Shown in pieces: positions 40,243-48,367 of a stretch of DNA of 64,000 nt. Positions within the stretch are counted from its first letter, which is position 1. Every line of letters begins with the position of its first letter. The position numbers and the translations under genes are program-made. Source of the DNA: Alphaproteobacteria bacterium (GTDB lineage: Bacteria; Pseudomonadota; Alphaproteobacteria; UBA2966); contig OZ219856.1 in the NCBI GenBank assembly GCA_964291395.2, positions 160,001 to 224,000 on the forward strand, given 5' to 3'. The notes under the pieces were generated by a model, which was not told the DNA's origin, made no database searches, and worked only from the letters and a program-made list of their open reading frames with translations.

Positions 40243-41967
40243 ATGGCGAGCATCGCAGATACCGGTACCCTGCCGAGGGCCGCCGAGTTTCGAACGTGTC
40301 CCGACACCGGCCTCAAGATCGACCTCGCGGCCGAGAAGCTAATCCGCTGGAACGCGGTCGTTGCCGTGGTGTTCCTCGCCATCGGCGGTTTTTTCGGCCT
40401 GCTGGTGGCGCTGACCCGCTGGCCAGCGGTCCATCTGTTGCCGGCGGAGTGGTTCTACCTGGCGCTGACGGCGCACGGCGCCGACGTGCTGCTGTTCTGG
40501 GTCATCTTTTTCGAGATCGCCATCCTCTACTTCGCTTCGGCGGTTCTGCTCAACAGTCGCCTCGCGACCCCGCGGATCGCTTGGCTCGGGTTCTGGCTCA
40601 TGCTGGCCGGCGCCCTTCTCGCCAACGTGGCGGTGCTACAAGGCGAGTCGAGCGTCATGTTCACGTCCTATGTGCCCATGCAGGCGGCGCCCCACTTCTA
40701 TCTAGGCCTGATCCTCTTCGCCGTCGGGGCTTTGGTTGCCGTCGCCGTGTTCTTCGGCACGCTGGTCATCGCGAAGGATGAGGGCACCTACGAGGGATCG
40801 GTGCCATTGGTCACATTCGGTGCCATCGCCGCGGCGGTTATCGCGGTCTTCACCATCACCTCGGGTGCCATCATTCTCATTCCCACCTTCTTCTGGTCGA
40901 TCGGCATCATCAGTCACATCGATCCGGTGATGTACAAGGTCGTGTGGTGGGGCATGGGCCACTCCTCGCAGCAGATCAACGTCTCGGCCCACGTCGCGGT
41001 GTGGTATGCCATCGCCGCCATGGTGCTGGGCGCCAAGCCGCTATCGGAGAAGGTGAGCCGTTTCGCCTTCCTCATGTACATCCTGTTCCTGCAGATCGCC
41101 GCGGCGCACCACCTTCTGGTGGAACCGGGTATCAGTTCGGAATGGAAGATCTTCAATACGAGCTACGCGCTCTACCTTGCCGTGCTCGGCAGCCTCATCC
41201 ACGGCCTCAGCGTCCCCGGTGCCATCGAGGCGGCCCAGCGCCGCCGTGGCTTCACCAAGGGCGTGTTCGAATGGTTGCGCAAGGCGCCGTGGGGTAATCC
41301 GGCCTTCTCCGGGATGTTCCTGTCGCTCGTCATGTTCGGTTTCCTCGGCGGCATCTCCGGCGTGGTGCTCGGCTCGGAGCAGATCAACCTGATCCTGCAC
41401 AACACCATGTACGTGCCTGGTCATTTCCACGGCACCGTCGTTGCCGGAACGACGCTCGCCTTCATGGCCATCACCTATCTCGTGGTGCCGCTGATTTTCC
41501 GCCGCGAGATCATGTTCAAGAAAGTCGCCCAGTGGCAGCCGTACGTCTTCGGTCTCGGCGTCGCAGGCATATCGCTGTTCATGATGGGGGCGGGTACGCT
41601 CGGCGTCAGTCGGCGCCACTGGGACATCACCTTCTCCGATGCCCCCGTGACCTTCGACTATCCCGGCACGGCTTTCCTGATGATGGGGCTGAACGGCGTG
41701 TTCGGCGTCCTCGCGGCTTTGGGTGGCCTGATGTATGTCGTGGTCGTGGTCTGGTCCGTCTTCTTCGGGGAACGACGAACCGAGGAGAAAGCGCGGGCCG
41801 AGCCGTTGCTGCCCCAGGACGGCGCGGCGGCGGTTGCGACCTACGGCAGCGAGGGCACCCTCAAGCTGCCGGGCACGATCACGCTTGTCGCGGTCTTCTT
41901 CGTGGCTTTTGTCCTCTACTACTTCGTCAACTGGAAGTTCCTGTCGGAAGTCTGGCCCTTGAGTTGA
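40243..41967 (+). CDS. Heme-copper oxidoreductase subunit I, probable eNOR-type nitric oxide reductase
   Basis: Six His ligands present (TAHG, GHSSQQ, AHHL, GHFHG); Gln at the position of the cross-linked Tyr. Confidence 0.8.
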   Translation: MASIADTGTLPRAAEFRTCPDTGLKIDLAAEKLIRWNAVVAVVFLAIGGFFGLLVALTRWPAVHLLPAEWFYLALTAHGADVLLFWVIFFEIAILYFASAVLLNSRLATPRIAWLGFWLMLAGALLANVAVLQGESSVMFTSYVPMQAAPHFYLGLILFAVGALVAVAVFFGTLVIAKDEGTYEGSVPLVTFGAIAAAVIAVFTITSGAIILIPTFFWSIGIISHIDPVMYKVVWWGMGHSSQQINVSAHVAVWYAIAAMVLGAKPLSEKVSRFAFLMYILFLQIAAAHHLLVEPGISSEWKIFNTSYALYLAVLGSLIHGLSVPGAIEAAQRRRGFTKGVFEWLRKAPWGNPAFSGMFLSLVMFGFLGGISGVVLGSEQINLILHNTMYVPGHFHGTVVAGTTLAFMAITYLVVPLIFRREIMFKKVAQWQPYVFGLGVAGISLFMMGAGTLGVSRRHWDITFSDAPVTFDYPGTAFLMMGLNGVFGVLAALGGLMYVVVVVWSVFFGERRTEEKARAEPLLPQDGAAAVATYGSEGTLKLPGTITLVAVFFVAFVLYYFVNWKFLSEVWPLS

Positions 41968-41982
41968 GCGGAGGCGCTCGGC

Positions 41983-42849
41983 ATGGTAGCGGTTGTCAGG
42001 GAGCTTTACGGTGTCTTCAAGCTGCGTATCGGATTCGCGATCGCGCTGAGCGCGGCGGCAGGTCTCGCGGCGACGCCCGGACCATCCATCCCGTTCTGGA
42101 ACGCTACGGCTCTCGTCCTGGCCGTGTTGCTCGCAGCCGCGAGCGCCGGCGCTTTCAACCAATTCGCCGAGCGCGATCTCGATGCGCGCATGGTCCGCAC
42201 CCGCGGACGGCCCTTCGTCTCGGGCCGGTTTACCGCCGGGCCTTTCTGGCTTGCCATCATCGGTGGACTGCTTGTGTTTTCGGTGATGCTGGCCGCCTGG
42301 GCCACCAACGTAGTGGCCGCCACGCACGTGTTCCTCGGCGCCTTCGTGTACGGCGTCGTCTACACCGTGTGGCTCAAGCGCCGCACCTGGCTCAACATCG
42401 TCGTCGGAGGTCTGTCGGGAAGTTTCGCGGTGCTGGCCGGTGCAGCGGCCGTCGATGCGAATCTCTCCGCCGTGCCGGTCTGCCTCGCAATCGTTCTGTT
42501 CCTCTGGACGCCTCCGCATTTCTGGAGCTTGGCGATGGCGCTGCGCGAGGACTATGCCCGGGCCGAGGTGCCCATGCTGCCGATCGTTGTCGGCGATGTA
42601 CGGGCGGCCAAGGTCATTCTTGCCCATACGGTGGTGCTCGTCGCCTTGTCGTTGATGCCTTTCATCTACGGGCTTGGCCTCGTCTATCTCGCGTTGGCGG
42701 TGATCGGCGGCTGGGTTTTCGTCGAGAAGAGCATCGCCCTCGTACGCACACCCGGACCTGCGGCGGCGCGCGCGAACTTCAAAGCCTCGCTGCTGCAGCT
42801 CTCGTTGATTCTGGTCGGCGCCATGGCGGACGCATGGTTGCCCTTGTAA
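41983..42849 (+). CDS. ctaB: Protoheme IX farnesyltransferase (heme O synthase)
   Basis: ERDLDARMVRTRGRP, YTVWLKRRT, FLWTPPHFWSLA. Confidence 0.93.
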   Translation: MVAVVRELYGVFKLRIGFAIALSAAAGLAATPGPSIPFWNATALVLAVLLAAASAGAFNQFAERDLDARMVRTRGRPFVSGRFTAGPFWLAIIGGLLVFSVMLAAWATNVVAATHVFLGAFVYGVVYTVWLKRRTWLNIVVGGLSGSFAVLAGAAAVDANLSAVPVCLAIVLFLWTPPHFWSLAMALREDYARAEVPMLPIVVGDVRAAKVILAHTVVLVALSLMPFIYGLGLVYLALAVIGGWVFVEKSIALVRTPGPAAARANFKASLLQLSLILVGAMADAWLPL

Positions 42850-43661
42850 GTCGCTGCGCTTCGCGGGTCTTGACTGCGTTGTGCCTGTTCGCAGCCGTCC
42901 CGGGGCTGGCGGCACCGACAGCTCCCACCGCCTTCGATCCTGATCGGGCGCTCGCGGATAGCCAAGCGGCTCTGGGACGCACGCTCTCGGGCTACGAATT
43001 TCGTGACGCTTCGTTCCGACCGCTGACGCTTTCGGAGTTTCGCGGCCGACCGTTGCTGATCAACCTCGTCTATACGAGTTGTGCTTACGACTGTCCGCTT
43101 ATCATCGAGACGTTGGCCGAAGCCATCGATATCGCGCGCGAAGCAGTGGGCCCAGAGAGTTTCCAAGTGCTGACCGTTGGATTCGACACGCGCATGGATA
43201 CGCCGGAACGGATGCGCGAATTTGCCGCCAACCATGGCATTCGCGACGACGGCTGGCGTTTCGCCAGTGCCGAGCACGAGACCATTGCACGACTCTCGAA
43301 GGATGTGGGCTTCTTGTTCTTCCCTTCGGCAAAGGGCTTCGACCATATCGCTCAGACTACGCTCGTCGACGCCGACGGCGTCATCTACCGCCAGGTCTAC
43401 GGCGCTGGGTTCGATCCGCCCTTTCTGGTGGAGCCGCTGAAGGATCTGGTTTTCGGGCGCGAGAGCGTGCCGACGTCGCTCGAGGGGCTGATCAACCGCA
43501 TCCGCTTCTTTTGCACCATCTACGACCCGTCGAGCGGCCGCTACCGGTTCGACTACTCCCCCTTCATTGCCATCGCTGTCGGTATCGCCTCCCTCGGCGG
43601 GTTGGGCTTCGTCGTCGTGCGCGGTTGGCTCCGTCAGCGTCGCCCTCACGCGCGGTCCTGA
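42834..43661 (+). CDS. SCO1/SenC copper chaperone with C-terminal TM
   Basis: YTSCAYDCP (CxxxC), DTPE, FDH. Confidence 0.88.
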   Translation: MVALVSRCASRVLTALCLFAAVPGLAAPTAPTAFDPDRALADSQAALGRTLSGYEFRDASFRPLTLSEFRGRPLLINLVYTSCAYDCPLIIETLAEAIDIAREAVGPESFQVLTVGFDTRMDTPERMREFAANHGIRDDGWRFASAEHETIARLSKDVGFLFFPSAKGFDHIAQTTLVDADGVIYRQVYGAGFDPPFLVEPLKDLVFGRESVPTSLEGLINRIRFFCTIYDPSSGRYRFDYSPFIAIAVGIASLGGLGFVVVRGWLRQRRPHARS

Positions 43662-43679
43662 CGGGGCGAGGGCGGGCGT

Positions 43680-45269
43680 GTGACGGCGCTGCAGCATATC
43701 CTGCGGCCGGCCCTCTGGCGCTTCGACGATCTGTTGTCGCGTATTTTTGGGCCGGCCTGGAACCCCCTCTACAACCTCGGAGCGCTGGGTTTTTTCTTTT
43801 ACTGGATCGTCGCGATCAGCGGCATATACATCTACATCTTCTTCGATACCGGCGTTACCGAGGCTTACGACTCCGTCGCCTACATGACGGAGGACCAGTG
43901 GTACCTTGCCGGCGTGATGCGGAGCCTGCACCGCTACGCCTCGGACGCCCTGGTCGTCGTCATGGTGCTGCATCTGATCCGCGAGTTCACCTATGACCGC
44001 TACCGAGGCGCGCGTTGGTTCAGCTGGCTTACTGCCGTCCCGATAATTTTGTTCGTCCTCGCGGCCGGCATCACGGGCTACTGGCTGGTCTGGGACCAGC
44101 TTGCGCAGTACGTCGCCATTGCCACCACGGAATGGCTCGACTGGCTGCCCATCTTCGGTGAGCCCATCGCCCGCAACTTTCTGGCGCCCGACGCGCTCGA
44201 TGACCGTTTCTTCACTTTGCTCGTGTTCCTGCACATCGCCGTGCCGTTGCTGTTGCTGCTGGCATTGTGGATCCACCTGCAACGGGTGAGTCGGCCACGC
44301 GTCAACCCGCCGCGCGGTCTGGCCGCGGGTAGCTTCGCGGCGCTTCTCGCGCTCTCGTTCGCCATGCCGGCGACCAGTCACGCCCCCGCCGATCTGGCGA
44401 AGGTACCCACGGTCCTCGACCTCGACTGGTTCTACCTCGGGTTCCACCCGTTGATGGACGTGTGGTCCCGCGGCACGGCGTGGGCCACGGCCGCCGTGCT
44501 GACGCTGACGATTGCCGTCATGCCCTGGTTGCCTCCCTTTCGCCGCCCCGCGGCGGCGCGGGTCGATCTCGACAACTGCAACGGGTGTGCCCGCTGCGCC
44601 GAGGACTGCCCCTTCAACGCGATCTCGATGGAGCGCCGCAGTGACGGCAAACCGTTCGACCGGGAAGCGGTCGTCAAGAGCTCGCTGTGCGTGAGTTGCG
44701 GAATTTGCGCGGGGGCCTGTCCGACAGCGACTCCCTTCCGCCGCACCGGCGCCCTGGTCCCGGGGATCGAGCTGCCCCACGCCACGCTGGTGAGCCTGCG
44801 GGACGCACTCGATCGAAAGGCGGATACCGGTGGCCAACAGGTCTACCTCATCGCCTGCGAGCATGGGGCCAGGCGGGAGACGATCGGCCACCCGGACCTT
44901 GCCGTCGCCACGGTACCTTGCATCGGCGCCCTACCACCGTCGTTCATCGACTACCTGTTGAGCCGTTGCGGCGCGGCAGGCGTCTACCTGGCCGGATGCC
45001 CGCAGGGCAATTGCCACTTCCGCCTCGGCAACGCATGGACCGAGGCACGCCTCGAGGGACGGCGCGACCCGATCCTGCGCAAACGGGTTCCACGCGAACG
45101 GGTGTGCTGGGGCTGGTTCGCGCCCCATCAGTCGTCGGGGCTGTGGCGGTCCGTCGAGACGTTCCTCCGCGATGTTCGCGGTTTGCCTCCTCAGGAGGCT
45201 CCGTCCGTCCGACAGCTCAGCACCCGCTTCGACCGGTCGCGGGAAGAGGGAGGCGTTGGCGGTCCATGA
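43680..45269 (+). CDS. Cytochrome b + 2x[4Fe-4S] ferredoxin + MvhD/FlpD-like [2Fe-2S] fusion protein
   Basis: His pairs RSLH...VLH and FLH...WIH; GITGYWLVWDQ; CNGCARCAEDCP and CVSCGICAGACP; IACEHG...PCIG...GCPQGNCHFRLGN. Confidence 0.85.
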   Translation: MTALQHILRPALWRFDDLLSRIFGPAWNPLYNLGALGFFFYWIVAISGIYIYIFFDTGVTEAYDSVAYMTEDQWYLAGVMRSLHRYASDALVVVMVLHLIREFTYDRYRGARWFSWLTAVPIILFVLAAGITGYWLVWDQLAQYVAIATTEWLDWLPIFGEPIARNFLAPDALDDRFFTLLVFLHIAVPLLLLLALWIHLQRVSRPRVNPPRGLAAGSFAALLALSFAMPATSHAPADLAKVPTVLDLDWFYLGFHPLMDVWSRGTAWATAAVLTLTIAVMPWLPPFRRPAAARVDLDNCNGCARCAEDCPFNAISMERRSDGKPFDREAVVKSSLCVSCGICAGACPTATPFRRTGALVPGIELPHATLVSLRDALDRKADTGGQQVYLIACEHGARRETIGHPDLAVATVPCIGALPPSFIDYLLSRCGAAGVYLAGCPQGNCHFRLGNAWTEARLEGRRDPILRKRVPRERVCWGWFAPHQSSGLWRSVETFLRDVRGLPPQEAPSVRQLSTRFDRSREEGGVGGP

Positions 45270-45766
45270 CCAGTGCTTTCCGATATGTGGGCCAGGCCGC
45301 CGTGCTCGTCGCCTTTGCCGGGGTGGTCGGGTTCTTTTCCGGCGCTCCTTCTTTTCGCCATTTTCCCGAGGGGCAGGCCCTACTCAAGGTGAGCTTCGCG
45401 CATGGTGGCGCCCGTAGGGCGGAATGCCGGAAACGGACGCGGCGGGAGCTTGCGGAGATGGCGGCGAACATGCGGAAGGAGATGGATTGTCCTCGTGGAC
45501 GGGTAGACCTGAGGCTCGAGATCGACCTCGATGGAGCACCGCTCTACCAGGCGACGCTGCCGCCGACGGGGCTTGCGGGGGACGGCCCATCGCGCGTCTA
45601 CGAACGGTTTATGCTCCCCGCGGGTCGCCACGTTCTCCATCTTCGCTTGCGCGATTCCCGTCGGAATCAGGGGTTCGATCACGTCACGCGGAAGGTCGTG
45701 GAGCTCGCTGCCGGACAAAGTGTCGCCGTCGATTTCCACGTCGGCGAGGGATTCATCGTCCGATGA
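45266..45766 (+). CDS. Uncharacterised membrane-anchored protein with two Cys
   Basis: N-terminal TM; ECRKR...MDCPRGR; ATGA overlap with the upstream gene. Confidence 0.8.
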   Translation: MTSAFRYVGQAAVLVAFAGVVGFFSGAPSFRHFPEGQALLKVSFAHGGARRAECRKRTRRELAEMAANMRKEMDCPRGRVDLRLEIDLDGAPLYQATLPPTGLAGDGPSRVYERFMLPAGRHVLHLRLRDSRRNQGFDHVTRKVVELAAGQSVAVDFHVGEGFIVR

Positions 45767-45803
45767 CCGCTGGGCCAGGCAGGACTGTCGAGGGAGGTCC
45801 ATC

Positions 45804-46211
45804 ATGGCGCTGATCCCGTGGCGAGAGGCGTTCGAGATCGGGATCGAGTCGGTCGATCACGAGCACCGCGAGTTGATAGACCTTATCAACCAACTCCATG
45901 ACCGGCTCGATCATAGTGCCGCGCCGGAGATCGTCGCCGGTTTTCTCGGTGAGATCTATGCGCGCATCTCCGCGCATTTCGCCCTCGAGGAAAGAGTCAT
46001 GCGCGAGCTCGAGTACGACGACTACGCGGATCACAAGGATGACCATGAAGCCCTGCTGGACGATATCAGGGACATCATGGATGTCTTCGACGAGGGCGGC
46101 TATGTGGACTTGCAGGAGGATTTGGGAGACCAACTCGAAACGTGGTTCGGTGGACATTTCCGCACGAAAGACGCCCGCCTTCACACCTTCCTCGAAGACA
46201 GGGGCGCTTGA
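45804..46211 (+). CDS. Bacteriohemerythrin (single domain)
   Basis: WREAFEIGIESVDHEH, HFALEE, HKDDH, WFGGHFRTKD; GGAGG RBS. Confidence 0.92.
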   Translation: MALIPWREAFEIGIESVDHEHRELIDLINQLHDRLDHSAAPEIVAGFLGEIYARISAHFALEERVMRELEYDDYADHKDDHEALLDDIRDIMDVFDEGGYVDLQEDLGDQLETWFGGHFRTKDARLHTFLEDRGA

Positions 46212-46221
46212 TCGAAATCAA
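46208..46221. promoter_or_regulatory. Second FNR-type box at the 3' end of the operon
   Basis: TTGATCGAAATCAA, perfect consensus, overlapping the hemerythrin stop codon. Confidence 0.7.
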
Positions 46222-46338
46222 GGATGGCGGCGCGCCCCGCATCCATGAATGGAGCGTCGCCCGATGCTCCGGGTGCGCTGGATTGTAGTGGTGGAAGAAA
46301 CCGTCACGGGAGTGGCACAACATGTCGCAGCCGCCTCT

Positions 46339-46366
46339 TTGACACACCGGCGACGAACGGGATAAT
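46339..46366 (+). promoter_or_regulatory. Putative sigma70 promoter
   Basis: TTGACA-N16-GATAAT, 36 bp upstream of the ATG at 46403. Confidence 0.55.
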
Positions 46367-46402
46367 GCCGCTTCACCCTTCGTTCGCACGGGAGACAGTC
46401 AA

Positions 46403-47326
46403 ATGACGGACAAGGTTGCCATCGTTGTCGCACCGACCGGGGCGCTCAACACGCGCGAATCGGCGCCTTACATGGCCTATACCGTTGAGGAGCAGGCTGT
46501 AGAAGCGAGGAACTGTGAAGACGCCGGCGCGTCCATCTATCACGTCCACGTCAGGGACGAGCGGGGCGCGAATTCGGGTGATCCCGAGATCTACGGCCGA
46601 CTGGTCGAGCACGTGAGAACGAAGTCCGATTTGCTCATTCAAATCGGCGGGGCGCTCGGACCCGTCCGCGACCCCGACACCGGCATCATCGGCTATCCCT
46701 TCACCGAGGAAGACCGGCTGCACGCTCTCGAGACGAAGCCGGCGCCGGACATGTTCACGGTGAAAATCGGCGCGGTCGAGCTTCGGGTTCCGGCCAAGAA
46801 CTATGAAACCATCGGCCTGCGGAACTCGCCCAAATTCCTGCGCCAGGCGATTCCCTACGTCATGGAACGGGATATGTGCCTGGAGCTGGAAATCTTCGAT
46901 GTCGGCTGTCTGTACAACGCCAAGATCCTGGAGGAAGAGGGGCTTTTCGGACCTGCGGGACTGAGCTCTCCCGGGTGCTACCTGCACTTCGTGATGGGCC
47001 ATGGCGGCCAGCCGGCGACGATGAAGCAGCTGATGTATCTCCATGAAGAGTCGCTGAAACTGTTTCCCGATGCGGAAATCTGCGTAAGCGCCGCGGCGGA
47101 CGAATGCTATCGCATCATCACGACCGCGATGCTTCTGGGCTGCAACATGGTGCGGTGCGGCATAGAAGACAGCCGGCACCTGTCGAACGGCCGGCGCGCC
47201 GAAAGCAACGTTCAAATCGTCGAAAACGTCGTGAGGATCGCGCGGGAGATCGGACGGGACGTGGCCTCGGTCAGCGAAGCGCACGAGATGCTGATGCCGA
47301 GGACGTCGGCCCAGCGCGCCGCCTGA
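46403..47326 (+). CDS. Beta-keto acid cleavage enzyme (BKACE/DUF849) family
   Basis: VAPTGA, AGASIYHVHVRD, ELEIFDVG, VRCGIEDS, ESNVQIV. Confidence 0.9.
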   Translation: MTDKVAIVVAPTGALNTRESAPYMAYTVEEQAVEARNCEDAGASIYHVHVRDERGANSGDPEIYGRLVEHVRTKSDLLIQIGGALGPVRDPDTGIIGYPFTEEDRLHALETKPAPDMFTVKIGAVELRVPAKNYETIGLRNSPKFLRQAIPYVMERDMCLELEIFDVGCLYNAKILEEEGLFGPAGLSSPGCYLHFVMGHGGQPATMKQLMYLHEESLKLFPDAEICVSAAADECYRIITTAMLLGCNMVRCGIEDSRHLSNGRRAESNVQIVENVVRIAREIGRDVASVSEAHEMLMPRTSAQRAA

Positions 47327-47552
47327 CCGCGCTCGATCCATTTGAGGTCTACCTGCTATCGGTAGCAGGGGACCCGGTCGCGACGGAGTACTCCATCGGG
47401 AGGCCGTTGAGGAGAACGACCGGACCTATCTTTCCCTCGGTGGCTTTGTATCGATAGGCCGTAAGCCGGGCCGGAAATGCCGGCGCGCCTCACGCGCCTC
47501 GCCGACAGGGCGGTTCGAACGGTATTCAACAACGGGGACGGGGAGACATGAC

Positions 47553-48341
47553 ATGGACATGGGCCTTGACGGCAAAGTGGCCCTGGTAACGGCGGCCAGC
47601 AGGGGCATCGGTCGCGCCGTCGCGCAAGAGCTCGCCGCCGAAGGCGCGAACGTCGCCATCGCATCGCGTAGCGACGATGCCCTGAAGGCGGCCGCGGAGA
47701 CCATCAAGCAGGAGACGGGCAAGGACGTCGCCGCCTATGTGACGGATTTGCTCAACGATGCCGAGGTCCGGAAACTGGCCGATGACGTCGAGAAGGATCT
47801 GGGCCCCATCGAGGTTCTGGTCAACAGCTCGGCAGGACCGCCCACCAAACCGTTCGAGGAGCTCTCCGACGAGGATTGGCGGGAGGCCCTCGACATCAAG
47901 TTTCTGGCGCAGATGCGGCCCTCGCGCGAGATCCTCCCGCGCATGAAGAAGCGCGACGGGGGGCGCATCATCAACATCATCGGCAGCCACGGCCGCTACC
48001 CGCACGCCTATGCCATCACCGCGGGTGTGGTGAACGCCGCGCTGCTCAACCTGACCAAGGCGCTGGCGGAGGAAGGCGCACCGCACAACGTCCTGGTGAA
48101 TGCCATCAATCCCGGGCTGACGGACACCGAACGGGTGACCTATCTCGCCAACCTCAAGGCTGAAACCCAGGGCATCACTTACGATGAAGCCGTCGCGGAG
48201 ATGTGCCAGGACACTCTCCTCAAGCGGCTCGCCGCGCCCACGGAGATCGCCTCGATGGCCGTTCTGATGGCGTCCTCTCGCGGCGGGTTCATCACGGGAT
48301 CGATGATCGACGTGGACGGCGGCATGACGCCGTGCATCTGA
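47553..48341 (+). CDS. Short-chain dehydrogenase/reductase
   Basis: VTAASRGIGRA, VNAINPG; no canonical YxxxK Tyr. Confidence 0.88.
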   Translation: MDMGLDGKVALVTAASRGIGRAVAQELAAEGANVAIASRSDDALKAAAETIKQETGKDVAAYVTDLLNDAEVRKLADDVEKDLGPIEVLVNSSAGPPTKPFEELSDEDWREALDIKFLAQMRPSREILPRMKKRDGGRIINIIGSHGRYPHAYAITAGVVNAALLNLTKALAEEGAPHNVLVNAINPGLTDTERVTYLANLKAETQGITYDEAVAEMCQDTLLKRLAAPTEIASMAVLMASSRGGFITGSMIDVDGGMTPCI

Positions 48342-48367
48342 ACGCCGACGATTAGGGCGCCAAAACG

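Noticed and set aside
40243-41967. Annotation as an ordinary aa3/ba3 cytochrome c oxidase
   Set aside because: The active-site Tyr is absent (HSSQQ)
46313-46329. Possible sigma54 promoter TGGCAC...TCGCA
   Set aside because: GG-to-GC spacing is 11 nt rather than the required 10, and the -12 element is poor
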